Shown here: piece after piece, positions 1 to 11,433 of the stretch
How the letters are laid out: every line of letters starts with the position of its first letter
How positions within the stretch are numbered: the stretch's first letter is position 1
DNA from: an uncultured Gemmatimonadales bacterium
GTDB taxonomy: Bacteria > Gemmatimonadota > Gemmatimonadetes > Gemmatimonadales > GWC2-71-9
Direction of reading: 5' to 3'
Length of the DNA stretch: 64,000 nucleotides
NCBI GenBank assembly: GCA_963842945.1
Contig: CAWJIM010000019.1
Location: 352,001-416,000 of the forward strand
Notes under the pieces: generated by a model
Told to the model about the DNA's origin: nothing
What the model saw: only the letters and a program-made list of their open reading frames with translations
The model's database searches: none
Translations under genes and position numbers: made by a program

Positions 1-1
1 T

Positions 2-121
2 CTGGGTATCAGCCACCGCACCGTCGAAACTCATCGGGAAAGCCTGATGCGAAAGCTGGAGATTCACACCGTCGCCGAGCTGACCCGGTTTGCCATCGAA
101 GCCGGAATGTTGCCGACCTGA
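2..121 (+). CDS. 3' end of LuxR/NarL-family HTH regulator (partial)
   Basis: Manual translation from base 2: LGISHRTVETHRESLMRKLEIHTVAELTRFAIEAGMLPT*. This is a typical LuxR HTH C-terminus, absent from the ORF track. Confidence 0.85.
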   Translation: MGISHRTVETHRESLMRKLEIHTVAELTRFAIEAGMLPT

Positions 122-146
122 TCAGAGTAGCCATTATGTTCCGCTC

Positions 147-1292
147 ATGACTGACGTTCAGCCCTGGACACCCCAGACCGCCCTACCGGAGGCATCTTCT
201 CGGCCCAAAACCGGCGTGGTGATGCTCAACCTGGGCGGCCCTGCAACCCTGGACGACGTCCAGCCTTTTCTCCTCGAGCTGTTTGCCGACCGGGAGATCA
301 TTCAGCTCCCATTCCAGCGCTGGCTCGGTCCTTTTATCGCTCGACGGAGAACGCCGAAGGTTCGCCAGCTCTACGCCAACATCGGCGGCGGCTCACCCAT
401 TCTGCGCTATACGGAAGCACAGGGTCAGGGAATGGTGGCGCGACTGGACCGGATCTCTCCGGAAACTGCGCCTCACAAGTTCTACGTGGCTTTTCGGTAT
501 ACCCGGCCCACCAGTGACGACGCGCTTCGCGCCATGCACCAGGATGGCGTTGACCGTGCCATCGCCTTTACTCAGTATCCCCAGTTCTCCTGCAGCACGA
601 CCGGCTCCAGCTTGAACGAGCTGTGGCGTGCCGCGGATCGGACCGGGCTCCGCGAGGCCTTCCACTGGAGTATTGTGGATCGGTGGCCGGTTCATCCCGG
701 CTTCATCGAGGCGATGACCGAGACGGTGAGGGAGGGCCTCAGCCGCTTCGCTCCCTCGATTCGCGACCGAGTGATCATCTTGTTCAGCGCCCACAGCTTG
801 CCCCTGGATGTGATCGACCGGGGTGACTCGTATCCTCAGGAGGTCGGGGCCAGCGTGCAGCGCGTAGTGGAGTCCCTTGCGGCTCCGAATCCCTTCATCC
901 TGGCCTATCAATCGGACGTGGGCCCGGTTCGCTGGCTGGGGCCGAGCACCGAGCAGGTGATCCGCCGGCTGGGGGAAAGGGGCCAGCGGGAACTGCTCGT
1001 GGTGCCTATCGCATTCACCAGTGACCACATCGAAACGTTGTCGGAGCTGGATCGGGAGTACGGCGAGGTGGCCCACGAAGCGGGGATTACCCAATACGAG
1101 CGGGCACCGGCTCTGAACGCGCGGCCCCGGTTTTTGGATGCGTTAGCCGAAATCGTGAGAGATCATCTTCGGGCGGGCGCGCCCCACAGCACGCAGTACA
1201 CCACCCGCTGTGCCGGCTGCACCAACCCGCAATGCCGGAACATTCTCAATCCGGTGGGAAGCCCCGCCATGCCGCCAGGGAAGCGGGCCTAA
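147..1292 (+). CDS. hemH: Ferrochelatase, animal/fungal-like with [2Fe-2S] cysteine motif
   Basis: Motifs NLGGP, GGGSP, FSAHSLP, GDSYPQE, WLGP and [16 protein letters not shown]. Also [12 protein letters not shown] and a C-terminal CAGCTNPQC. Confidence 0.95.
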   Translation: [381 protein letters not shown]

Positions 1293-1296
1293 GTGT

Positions 1297-2521
1297 CTAG
1301 CTCTCTACCCTGAGATTCTGACTAAGGGGAAAGAGCACCCGTCTGACCAGCCGGTCGGCCATTTTCCGCACAACCTCGCGCTCGGCCGGAGACAGCGTGT
1401 CCAGCTGAGCCAATGCCCACTCCGATTCCTGCTCTGCCATCTGCCGGCTGATCTGATGTAATTCTGCCAGCCGGGAGGCGGCCGTCCGCCCTCGCAGGCT
1501 GAGGCCCAGGCGAATCAGCTCGTCCTCGATGATGCCTTCGGCATCCGCCAGTGCCGCGGAAGGGCGACCGGCGGCCGGACAACGGAGCCGTTGCAGGTCA
1601 TCGAGGTCGAGCAACTGAAGGTCTGGGATGCCGCGGGACTCGGGTTCAACATTCCGCGGAATGGCGAGATCTACCACTACCAGTTTCGACCGCGAGCGCG
1701 CCGCGATGGCCTTTGAGAGCTCGGCGGCCTTGACCACCGGCCGAGAGGACGCGGTGGCGACCATCAGAATATCTGCCTCAGCTAACCTGCGCTCGAGCTC
1801 CGTCAGCAGGCCAACCTTGGCTCCCCAGGCGGCAGCCAGAACGGCCGCCTTCTCCGGAGCTCGGCTCAAAAGGGTGACTTCGCCTGCTCCGCGCTGATTG
1901 AATGCCCGCAGCACTCCCTCTGCCGCTTCACCGGCGCCGAGGACGATCACCTCCGGATGACGGGATTCCTCCCACTCCTGAAGCACCAGATCTACTGCAG
2001 CCGAGCTCACCGACGACGGATGCCGACCCAGCAGGGTCTCTCGCCGAACCCGGCGACCTGCCGCCAGGGCCGCAGAGAAGATGAGATCCATCTCTCGAGT
2101 GGTTGCTCCGGAGGCACGTGCGGCATCATATGCCCGGCGCACTTGCCCGAGAACCTCGACCTCACCCAGAATCTGAGAATCGAGACCCGAGCAGACCCGA
2201 AACAAATGGCGAACCGCGGCCATGCCCTCGTGCCGGGTGAGCACCAGGCCTGCCGACAGCGGGTCGGCTCCATCCCGGCTCAGGCGATGAAACCAGGCCT
2301 CCCCCTCAGCCCGAGCCCGCCCAATAGAGCTCACATCGGTTGCAGGTAGAAAGCAGAACGGCCGGCATCCCGTTCGCCTTGAGCAACTCCAGGATCGCCG
2401 CAGTCTCCGCCGGGTTGAATGCGAACCGTTCCCGGACCTCGACCGGGGTCGTATGGTGGCTTACACCAATGAGATGGAAGGACAGATTACGGGGCACGCC
2501 CAAGGGTACGGGTCCCATCAA
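1297..2521 (-). CDS. hemA: Glutamyl-tRNA reductase (split by a frameshift near 2310-2330)
   Basis: The N-terminal part has GVSHHTTPVEVRERFAF and LSTCNRCELY (catalytic Cys). The second frame has HLFRVCSGLDSQILGEVEVLGQV, GAGE and DLAIPRNVE. Confidence 0.9.
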
Positions 2522-2570
2522 GTCCTCACAATCCGCGACTCCCCGGATCGGATCTCCGTAGTACTACGGG

Positions 2571-2603
2571 CAAACAAAACCCCCCGGCATTGGCCGAGGG
2601 GTT
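2571..2603 (-). terminator. Putative intrinsic terminator downstream of the hsp20 fragment
   Basis: GC-rich hairpin (CCCC-CGGC / GCCG-AGGGG) followed by TTTTGTTTG on the minus strand. Confidence 0.55.
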
Positions 2604-2621
2604 GGATCAGGTGACTAGTGA

Positions 2622-2987
2622 CTACCGGCCGCTCTTGGCTGCCGAGCCCTCTTCCTCGGGATCGCGTGCGCTAGCGTTGCCGCTCGATCGCTGACTGTTG
2701 CCGCTGCTTACCCGCTGCGAGGGAGATCGCGTCCGGATCTGAGACGAGCCCGAGCTCGAGGCGTTCACCCGAATCTCGCGAGGCTTGGCGCGCTCGGCCT
2801 TCGGGAGGCTCACATGGAGCACGCCGTTTTCATACTGGGCGTCAATCCGATCGGTATCCACGGTATTGGGAAGTACAAAGGTCCGCTCGAACATTCCGTA
2901 GGTGCGCTCGAACCGATGGACCCGCTCGTTGTTGTCATCGACTTGTTGCTTCTTCTCGCCCCGGATGGTCAGGACGTTGTTCTCCAA
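2622..2987 (-). pseudogene. Hsp20/alpha-crystallin small heat-shock protein, 5'-truncated
   Basis: ENNVLTIRGEKK...ERTYGMFERTFVLP...AQYENGVLHVSLPK...PREI is present. The N-terminal half is missing and the upstream gene stops about 11 nt before it. Confidence 0.75.
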
Positions 2988-2998
2988 CGGCAGGACAG

Positions 2999-3478
2999 TT
3001 ACCTTCGTTCGGCAGCCCTTCGCATCGTTTGCTGATATTGCCGAATCAGGCGCTGCATTCTATCCACGTGCTGAGGAAGCTCGGATCGATCGAGCTCGGC
3101 CGATGTACCGGCACCCCCACCCAGGTCATCCAGGACCGAGTCGCCGAGGGCCCGGAAATTCCCCGAGTCGGCATATCCTGCCCGGTACAAATCGGCAATC
3201 ATGGAGTTGATCAGATCCCCAGCCATGTTCTTGTACGCCGTCAGATTGTCAGGATCCGGAGGCCGGGTTCCGTTCGCCATCAGGTTCAGCTGATTCTGCG
3301 TGGCTGGAATGAGGCGGGGGGCCTCCAGCTCAGAACCGCTATTGGTTCCCGCCACCCCATCCTCGCGGGCACTGCTATCGGAGTCTGAGGTGTAGGCGGA
3401 GGCCGAGGCGTTCCCGGCCTTTTCCCGGCTGCACGCGACTGAAAGCCCGAGGGCCAGCAAAAGAAGAGCTCGATTCAT
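2999..3478 (-). CDS. Hypothetical lipoprotein
   Basis: MNRALLLLALGLSVAC lipoprotein-type signal, preceded by a GGAG RBS. Confidence 0.7.
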   Translation of the reverse strand: MNRALLLLALGLSVACSREKAGNASASAYTSDSDSSAREDGVAGTNSGSELEAPRLIPATQNQLNLMANGTRPPDPDNLTAYKNMAGDLINSMIADLYRAGYADSGNFRALGDSVLDDLGGGAGTSAELDRSELPQHVDRMQRLIRQYQQTMRRAAERR

Positions 3479-3536
3479 GTGCGCTCCTGACTGAGTGGCG
3501 GACGTTCCTGCAATCAAGGGTCGAAACCGGCGTGAC

Positions 3537-4464
3537 TCAGTGTCCCGGGTCACCCGGTGTGCGAGGCGACTGGAGCGGTGAGATCAGACTCGTCCGGTTC
3601 AGGATCACCATGGCGTCCACCGCGCTTCGCAACGCGAATCTCGAGGGCCAGAACTCCAGCCGGAAACCTTCCTGCTCGACGTCATAGAGCGGCTCGCGGA
3701 CCTGGTCAGTGGTGGAATCGAGTACCACCCCGAAGTTGCGCCCAGCCTCTTCGGAAGACAATCGATCGAACATGCGGGTGGCAGGGTTGGCGCCCGCCTG
3801 TCGCGCATCGGTCAGGATGGTGTACACCGAAGTCCCGGCCTCGGCCAGGTAGCCGGCAAACCAGTGGTCGAAGCGATCGTGCACCCTCCCCAGCGCAACC
3901 TGTCCTCCCACCTGCTTGAGACCATGATACCCCCCCATGAAGATCAACACCCGCCAGGCAGGATGCTCCTGAAGGGTTTTGCGGAATGCTGCGGCCATCC
4001 AGACGTCACGGTTGGCGAAGCCCCCCGTAGCCATGTGTTGGGTCAGGGGAGCAATGGGCCAGCCGCGCAGGTCGGCCGCGAGAATTCGGATGGGGTGGCC
4101 CGGGTGCTCGCGGTTCCAGCGATACACACGCGCGATAAATCGAGAGGTACTCGGCGCTGACTCCCCAGTGCGCCCGAAGCGTGCGGGGATGGTCCAGAAG
4201 GACGCTGATATCTTCGGGCTGGGAGGCGAGATACTTATCGACCCACTCCTGCTGTTCCGACGCAACTTCGAGCGCCAGCAAGTCTATAGCCTGGTCCTCC
4301 CGCTGCGAGGCGATGAGTTCGGTAACCAGGAGCTTCGGCTCTGCCAGAGGATGAATGTCGCCCAGGAATACGACCTGGTGGTCGCGCACCGCGGACTGCA
4401 GGAGTCGAAGCGGCTCCAGCGGGGTGCCGAGCCACGAGAGTATGGAAACCAGCAGGACGAACAT
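3537..4464 (-). CDS. ChaN/EreA/TIKI-like superfamily exported protein (frameshift near 4130)
   Basis: VVFLGDIH and LALE in the N-terminal frame. NRDVWMA and LIFMGGYH in the C-terminal frame. Confidence 0.55.
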
Positions 4465-4467
4465 GCC

Positions 4468-5553
4468 CTACCGCTTGAACAGCCTGCTGAACACACCGGT
4501 GGTAGCGGTGGACTCGAGCGCGTGGGCCATCTCCTCCATCGACCCGTAACGATCCGTGGGATTTACCGAAAGCGCCTTGTTGATCACCGTCTCGAGTTTG
4601 GACGGGAGGTCAGTTTTGACCTCACGCAGCTGGGTGGGAGCGCCTCTGAGCCGGGCAATCATGGTCTCCTGCGCGCTCTTTCCGGTGAAGGGCAACTGAC
4701 CAGTGAACAGCTCAAACGCAAGGACCGCAAGCGCATAGATATCACTGCGCCCGTCGAGTGGCTTTCCCCGAATCTGTTCCGGGCTCATGAACTCAGGAGT
4801 GCCGAGGACAATGCCGGTGGCGGTCAGCTTGACCACATCAGGCCCGGCTCGCCGCTCCTTTGCCAGTCCGAAATCCATGACCACGGCCCTGAATCCGTTG
4901 GCAGCGGTGGAGTCCGGGACCAGCATTACGTTTTCCGGCTTCAGATCTCGATGGATGATCTGAAGATCATGGGCATGTCCCAGCCCGTGACACATCTGGA
5001 CCAGCAGAGGGATTCCATCCGCCAGCGAAAAAGGACCTCGACGGGTTTCATGCTCGCTCAACGGCTCCCCCTCGAGGAATGGCATGACGAGGTAGAGCAG
5101 CCGATCCGCGGTCTCGCCCAACCGGAGAATGGGGCAGACATTGGGATGGTTGAGGCGAGTGGCAATGGTCGCCTCGCGGCGCAGCCGTTCTACCGAGGCC
5201 GGGTCCCGGGACAGGCGGGGAATCAGAATCTTGACCGCGACCGGCCGGCCGGTGTCGATCTCCTGGGCCTGATAGACGTAGGACATCCCGCCTTCGCCCA
5301 GCTTACGGGTAATGTGGTATCTCTGGTCGAGCACCTGACCGGTGAGCGAGGCCAGGCTGGGCGGGATATGATCGGGTGCCGGCCGGGACCCCAAAGGATC
5401 GGCAGAGTCTCTGGCGGAAGCCCGGGCTGCGGCTGAAGGTGCGGGGTCGGCCGGCTTGGTGTCGCTCTCGACCAGGAGCGATCCGTCCTTGACGCAGAAC
5501 CGGGCGGGCGCTGCATAGGTGGTCTGGCAGCGGGGGCAGCGCCTGTTGCTCAA
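4468..5553 (-). CDS. Hanks-type Ser/Thr protein kinase with N-terminal zinc ribbon
   Basis: CPRC...FCVKDG, LGEGGMSYVY, VAVK, HRDLKPEN, DFG and GTPEFMSPEQ. No transmembrane segment. Confidence 0.93.
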   Translation of the reverse strand: MSNRRCPRCQTTYAAPARFCVKDGSLLVESDTKPADPAPSAAARASARDSADPLGSRPAPDHIPPSLASLTGQVLDQRYHITRKLGEGGMSYVYQAQEIDTGRPVAVKILIPRLSRDPASVERLRREATIATRLNHPNVCPILRLGETADRLLYLVMPFLEGEPLSEHETRRGPFSLADGIPLLVQMCHGLGHAHDLQIIHRDLKPENVMLVPDSTAANGFRAVVMDFGLAKERRAGPDVVKLTATGIVLGTPEFMSPEQIRGKPLDGRSDIYALAVLAFELFTGQLPFTGKSAQETMIARLRGAPTQLREVKTDLPSKLETVINKALSVNPTDRYGSMEEMAHALESTATTGVFSRLFKR

Positions 5554-6981
5554 TCCCTGAACCGATTCCGGCCGTCGCTTTTGGCCCGATACAGATGCGT
5601 GTCTGCCACCCGCAGCAGCGACTCCCCATCACTCACGCTCTCGTCGGGGTAGGAGGCGATCCCGATGCTGATGGTGACCCGCACCGGACGGCCGGGCTCT
5701 CCAAAGTCGTGGGTGGCAACTCGCCGGAGAATGCGCTCGGCGAAGTTCCGGGATTCGGCGCTGGTCGTCTCGGGCAACAGCACCACGAACTCCTCCCCAC
5801 CATAGCGCGCCACAATATCCACGGAGCGCTGTTCCCGCTTCAACAGGTTGGCCAGCTGCTTCAGCACCCGGTCACCCACCAGGTGGCCATACGTGTCGTT
5901 GATCTGCTTGAAATTGTCGATGTCCACCATCATGCCGGTGAGCATGGTGGCGTAGCGTGCCGCGCGATCCATTTCCTGCTCCAGCTTGTCCATCAGCGCT
6001 CGACGGTTGAAGCAGTTAGTGAGGGGATCGGTTTCGGCCAGGTGCCTCATCTGCTCCTGGCCCAGCACCGCATTCTCCAGGTCGTAGGCTCGTTCCAGCG
6101 CGGCCACGGCGGCGTTGGTGACTTCTTCGGCAAACTGGACGTCGTGCTCGTTCAGCGGCGGGTCTTCGCTCGTGGTTCTGAGAAAGAACACACCGAAGGG
6201 CTGCTGCCGCAGAGAGAACCGCAGTGCCACGGCTGAGCGGGTGTCCACCGGCCGTCCCTGCGACCCCCAGTCGTCCCGAACTCCGCCGTACAAGGGGTCG
6301 GTCTGGACGTCCCGGACCAGCACCACTTCGCCGGTCTTCAAGGCGTGCCTGATCTCGGGATACCGCTTGAGGTCTACCGGCAGATTGTGCAGCATGGGGT
6401 TCTCAAAGGCGGCCACGACAGTCCCAACCTCCTCGTCCGGCCCCGCCATGATGATGGAGCATCGCGCAATGCTGAGCGCCTGGGCCACTCGCCGCACCAG
6501 GATGCCGTAGATCTCGTCCGGCTTCAGTGAAGCAGTAACCTCCTGCATGATGTCCATCATCTCCGAGCGGGACCGGGCCTCCGCCCGCGCCTGGTTCAGC
6601 TCCCGTCCGACCCGCAGATGTGCCTTGACCCGGGCCAGGAGCTCGCGCACCCGAAATGGCTTCGGAATGAAGTCCGCTGCACCGAGTCCCAGTGAACGGA
6701 CCGTGGCTTCCTCCGGCGGCATCGAGGAGATCATCAGCACCGGAAGGTCCTTGAACCTGGGATCGGCCTTAATCCGCTGGAGCAGCTGGAGACCGTCCAC
6801 CTTAGGCATCATGATGTCGAGCAGGAGAAGATCGAATTGCTCGGCGGTGAGATGCTCGAATCAAATGCTCACCACCGGGGGCGGTGAACACATCGTAGCC
6901 GTTCTCTTTCAGGATCCACGACAGGGTACGGGAGAGCGCCTGATCGTCGTCCGCCACCAGGATTTTGGGTGCAACGGTCAT
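5550..6981 (-). CDS. REC-GAF-GGDEF diguanylate cyclase (frameshift near 6860)
   Basis: REC domain KILVADDD...LLDIMMP...KPF split across frames, then a GAF domain, DIDNFKQINDTYGH, an RSVD I-site and GGEEF. Confidence 0.9.
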
Positions 6982-7985
6982 GGTTGCACCAGCCGCTGAA
7001 ACACCGCGGGCTCCACGTTTCCGCCGCTGATCACGGCGACCGTGGGTCCGGACGGCCGGACCCGCCCGGCCAGAAGAGCCGCGGTCGTGACTGCCCCCGA
7101 GGGCTCCACCGACAACCCGCCTTGATGGTAGAGGAATCGCAGCGCCTCGACGATCTCGGACTCGTCCACCAGGACCGATTGGCGGACGATGCCGGACAGA
7201 ATGCCAAAGGGAATCGTGCCGATGGACAACGGGAGCAGCCCGTCGGCAAGGCTCTCGGTGTGATCGAGCTTGACCGGTCGGCCCGCCTCCAGCGCACGGG
7301 CCAGCTTGGGGGCCCCCGCCGGCTCGACCCCGATAACCTGAACCTCGGGCTTCAGTGCTGCCGCTGCGGCCGCGATCCCGGCGATCAGGCCGCCGCCGCC
7401 GACCGGAACCAGGATGGTCTCCACCTCGGGACATCGCTCCATGATCTCCAGGCCGCAGGTGCCCTGCCCGGCAATAACGTCCAGGCTCTCGAACGGCGGC
7501 ACCATGATAAAGCCCTGCTCCTCGACCATCTGCTGTGCTTTGGTATAGCGCTCCGTGGAGCTGTTCCCGGCGATGATGACCTCCCCGCCCAGCCGGCGGA
7601 CGCCCTCTACCTTGACGGCGGGGGCCCGCTCCGGCATCACCACCACTGCCCGAGTGTCGAGGCGGCGGGCCACAAAGGCCACCGCTTGCCCATGGTTGCC
7701 ACTGGAGTAGGTGATCAGGCCGCGGGCGCGCAACTCGGCTGGAATCCGGGAGGCAGCGGTGTAGGCTCCGCGGACCTTGAACGCGCCCATGGGCTGGAGA
7801 TGCTCGCCCTTGAGGAAAATGGGAACGCCGCACTGCGCATCGAGACTGGGAATGCGCAAGAGCGGCGTTTCCACGGCCACGCCTTGCAGGCCTTCCGCGG
7901 CGGCCCGGAGCGCTGCAAGGGACACCACGGAGCGCGGCGGAGAGTCAGCTCGGGGGTCGGTCCACCTATCGGCGGCTGGGGTCAT
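6978..7985 (-). CDS. PLP-dependent threonine/serine dehydratase family protein
   Basis: AFKVRGA, SSGNHGQA, GQGT, PVGGGGL, EPSGA and ISGGN. Confidence 0.9.
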   Translation of the reverse strand: MTPAADRWTDPRADSPPRSVVSLAALRAAAEGLQGVAVETPLLRIPSLDAQCGVPIFLKGEHLQPMGAFKVRGAYTAASRIPAELRARGLITYSSGNHGQAVAFVARRLDTRAVVVMPERAPAVKVEGVRRLGGEVIIAGNSSTERYTKAQQMVEEQGFIMVPPFESLDVIAGQGTCGLEIMERCPEVETILVPVGGGGLIAGIAAAAAALKPEVQVIGVEPAGAPKLARALEAGRPVKLDHTESLADGLLPLSIGTIPFGILSGIVRQSVLVDESEIVEALRFLYHQGGLSVEPSGAVTTAALLAGRVRPSGPTVAVISGGNVEPAVFQRLVQP

Positions 7986-8000
7986 TGATAATCATAGCGA

Positions 8001-10496
8001 CTACTCCACCGCCGCGGTCGGGGCGACCTCATCACCGCCCGCCGCGGGTTCCGCCCCTCCTTCGTCTTCCTTGACCACCCGGGCAACATCGACCACGGCG
8101 TCGCCTGAATCCAGGTTCATGACCCGGACGCCCTGAGTGTTTCGCCCGATAACCCGGATTCCGTCTACCGGAAGCCGGATGATTACCCCTTGCCGGGTGA
8201 TCATCATGAGCTCGTCGTCGGGGATGACCTCCTTCAGGGCCACGATCGAGCCGGTCTTCTCCGTCTTCTTGAGGGTGATGATGCCCTTCCCGCCCCGCTT
8301 TTGCACTCGGTAGTCAGCCAATTCCGATCGCTTGCCATAGCCCTTCTCGCTTACCACCAGAATGCTCGCGTCGCGCCGCACCACTACCATCCCGATGACC
8401 TCGTCATTCTTCTCCAGCTCGATCCCTTTGACTCCAGTGGTGGCCCGGCCCATGTCGCGCACGTCGCCCTGATGGAACCGGATGCTCATCCCGCCCTTGG
8501 TAGCCAGAATGATGTCGCTGTTCTGGTCGCACACCTGGACGTCGATCAGCTCGTCGCCCTTTTCGATGTTGATGCCGCAAATGCCGGTGGCTCGTACGTT
8601 GCCGTAGGCCGACAGCACCGTCTTCTTCACCGTCCCCTGCCGGGTGGCAAAGATCAGGCACTTGTCTTCGGTGAACTCCCGCACCGGCACCAGGGCCGCG
8701 ATCTGCTCGTCCGGTTTGACGGCGATGCAGTTGATCACCGGCTTGCCTCTGGCTGCCCGGCCCGCCTGGGGAATCTCGTGCACCTTGAGCCAGTAGACCT
8801 GGCCCTTGTTGCTGAAGAACATCAGATAGTCGTGGGTGCTGGCGATGAACAAATGCTCCACCCAGTCATCGGCCTTGAGATCGGCCCCCGTGAGTCCCCG
8901 CCCTCCGCGCCGCTGCCGCTTGTAGGTCGTGATCGGGATTCGCTTGATGTAGCCGCTGTGGGAGATGGTGATCACCATATCCTCTTCGGCGATCAGATCC
9001 TCCACCGTGAACTCGCCCTGATCGGCCACGATCTCGGTGCGGCGGTCGTCTCCAAAGGTGCCCGCGATCTCCTCCATCTCCTCCTTCAGAATGGCCATCC
9101 GCTTGGACTTGGAGGCCAGAATCCCCTTCAGCTCCTTGATCGTGGCGCGCACCTCCTTCAGCTCCGCCTCCAGCTTCTCGATCTCCAGCCCGGTGAGCTT
9201 GGCCAGCCGCATGTTCAGAATGGCGTCGCTCTGCTTCTCAGTGAAGCCGAACCGCTTCCGCAGCCGAGCATCCGCCTGGGCGGTATCATTCGATCCGCGG
9301 ATGATTTTGATCACCTCGTCGATGTTGTCGACGGCGATCTTCAACCCGTCCAGGATGTGCTCCCGGGCCTGCGCCGCGTCGAGATCGAACTGCGTGCGCC
9401 GGACGATGACGGTGTGCCGGTGATCGATGAAGTGCTGGAGCAGCTCCTTCAGATTCATGATCTTGGGCGCGCCGTTGGTGAGCGCCAGCATGATCACCCC
9501 GAAGGTGGTCTGCATCTGGGTGTGCTTGTACAGCTGATTCAGCACCACGTTGGGAATGGCGTCTCGCTTGAGCTCGATGACGATCCGCATCCCGTCTTTA
9601 TCGGACTCGTCATTGATCCCGCTTATCCCCTCGATCTTCTTCTCGGCGGCAAGCTCAGCGATTGCCTTGACCAGGTTCTCCTTGTTCACCTGGTAGGGGA
9701 TCTCGGTCACCACGATCTGTGACCGGCTGGTGGTCTCCCGCTCCTCGATCTGGGCCCGGGCCCGCATCACCACCCGGCCGCGACCGGTTTCGTAGGCTTC
9801 CTTTATTCCCTCCCGCCCGTAGATGTAGGCGCCGGTGGGAAAGTCGGGTCCCTTGATAACCTTCCGCAGCTCACCGATGGTCGCTTCGGGATTGTCCACC
9901 AGCAGATGGACGCCTTTGACGATCTCACGGAGGTTGTGCGGCGGGATGTTGGTTGCCATGCCAACCGCGATGCCGCTGGAGCCATTCACCAGCAGGTTGG
10001 GGATCTTGGCAGGAAGAACCGTTGGTTCCTGCAGCCGGTCGTCAAAGTTGGCCTGGAAGTCGACGGTGTTCTTGTCGATGTCCTCCAGCATGGCCATGGC
10101 GATTCGGGTGAGCCTCGCTTCGGTGTACCGATATGCGGCCGCGGGGTCACCATCGACTGAGCCAAAATTCCCCTGACCGTCTACCAGCGGGTACCGCAGG
10201 GAGAACTCCTGGACCATTCGCACCAGGGCATCGTAAACCGACCCGTCGCCATGCGGATGGTACTTGCCGAGAACATCGCCTACGACGGTAGCCGATTTCT
10301 TATACGCGCGGCCGGGCACCAGTCCCAGCTCATTCATCGCGTACAGGATCCGCCGGTGGACCGGCTTCAAACCATCACGCACGTCCGGCAGAGCGCGGGA
10401 AACGATGACGCTCATCGAGTAATTGATGAACGACTGCTGCATTTCCTCTTCGATGAGCCGGGGCAGAATCCGTTCGCGCGAGTTCGGTGCTGTCAT
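8001..10496 (-). CDS. gyrA: DNA gyrase subunit A
   Basis: [29 protein letters not shown] (catalytic Tyr) and the GyrA-box QRRGGRG. Confidence 0.98.
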   Translation of the reverse strand: MTAPNSRERILPRLIEEEMQQSFINYSMSVIVSRALPDVRDGLKPVHRRILYAMNELGLVPGRAYKKSATVVGDVLGKYHPHGDGSVYDALVRMVQEFSLRYPLVDGQGNFGSVDGDPAAAYRYTEARLTRIAMAMLEDIDKNTVDFQANFDDRLQEPTVLPAKIPNLLVNGSSGIAVGMATNIPPHNLREIVKGVHLLVDNPEATIGELRKVIKGPDFPTGAYIYGREGIKEAYETGRGRVVMRARAQIEERETTSRSQIVVTEIPYQVNKENLVKAIAELAAEKKIEGISGINDESDKDGMRIVIELKRDAIPNVVLNQLYKHTQMQTTFGVIMLALTNGAPKIMNLKELLQHFIDHRHTVIVRRTQFDLDAAQAREHILDGLKIAVDNIDEVIKIIRGSNDTAQADARLRKRFGFTEKQSDAILNMRLAKLTGLEIEKLEAELKEVRATIKELKGILASKSKRMAILKEEMEEIAGTFGDDRRTEIVADQGEFTVEDLIAEEDMVITISHSGYIKRIPITTYKRQRRGGRGLTGADLKADDWVEHLFIASTHDYLMFFSNKGQVYWLKVHEIPQAGRAARGKPVINCIAVKPDEQIAALVPVREFTEDKCLIFATRQGTVKKTVLSAYGNVRATGICGINIEKGDELIDVQVCDQNSDIILATKGGMSIRFHQGDVRDMGRATTGVKGIELEKNDEVIGMVVVRRDASILVVSEKGYGKRSELADYRVQKRGGKGIITLKKTEKTGSIVALKEVIPDDELMMITRQGVIIRLPVDGIRVIGRNTQGVRVMNLDSGDAVVDVARVVKEDEGGAEPAAGGDEVAPTAAVE

Positions 10497-10749
10497 GGAG
10501 TTCCTGTGCTGGGGCTATGACGGCCAAGGGAGGCGTCGAGTCGGAGAAATATAGTCGGGCATGAGGCCGGGCAGCAACGCCGCGGTACCGGGGAAAGCTG
10601 GTCTGCAATAAGGACTTAGACGCCGGGCCGGGGCTACTCTTTGCTCGGACCGGGTTAAGCTGAACGGACTTCCGCCCGATACTTCGCTCGATACTTCCAA
10701 GTACAGCTTCTCTCGACCCCTGTGGCCGCCGGCCCAAGGATTCTCGCAT

Positions 10750-11433
10750 ATGGCTAGATGCTCGATGCTGCTTCTGACTCTCCTCCTGATGGCTCCTCCC
10801 GTTCTGGGGGCTCAAAGCAAGGGCGGAGGCACCGCGCCGAGCGGCTTCGACAGCTTCATCATGCTGGTACCGCCGCGGGATACGGGCAGCATCAAAAAGC
10901 AGATCCGTGTGACCACTGCCGCCATCCAGGCGGCAGAAAAGGCTCGGCAGCAGGCGGAGACCATGCGGCTCGGCGCCACCTCCAGGATCGAGTTCAAGAA
11001 GGTCGAGATCGTCCGGATCAAGGACCGCATCAATGTGGCCAAGAAGGAGAAGCGCGAGGCGGACCGGGTTGGACTCGAGGCAGAGCGGAAAGCGGCTGAG
11101 CGGGAGATCGAGCTGTTGAAGCGGCGCGAGGAGCTGCGGGAGGCAGAAACCGAGCTTGAGAGCAAGCGGGCCGAGTTCGCCAACCTGAACAAAAACGCCT
11201 TGGAGCTGGAGCTCCAGTTAGCGACGCGTCGTGCCGGACGGCTCCGGGCGCCCGTTGGGGGCACCGGGGGAGCCAGCCTGGATCGGGTGATCGGGGAGTT
11301 GGAGAAGCAGACCCTCGACGCCCAGCGGGCCCAGGCCGCCGTCAGTATCGAGGTGTCCGATCAGGAAATCCGGGTGCTCGACAGCCGCCTGGAGCTGCTC
11401 GATGCGCAGCAAAGAGTCTTGGGAGGAAAGTGA
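10750..11433 (+). CDS. Exported coiled-coil hypothetical protein
   Basis: Hydrophobic signal-like N-terminus and long E/K/R/A-rich helical stretches. Confidence 0.65.
   Translation: MARCSMLLLTLLLMAPPVLGAQSKGGGTAPSGFDSFIMLVPPRDTGSIKKQIRVTTAAIQAAEKARQQAETMRLGATSRIEFKKVEIVRIKDRINVAKKEKREADRVGLEAERKAAEREIELLKRREELREAETELESKRAEFANLNKNALELELQLATRRAGRLRAPVGGTGGASLDRVIGELEKQTLDAQRAQAAVSIEVSDQEIRVLDSRLELLDAQQRVLGGK

Noticed and set aside
3979..5436. Long antisense ORFs (also 8190..9722, 38260..39819, 43927..45090, 52260..53810, 57283..58524)
   Set aside because: These are shadow frames of well-supported genes in GC-rich DNA and carry no motifs of their own.
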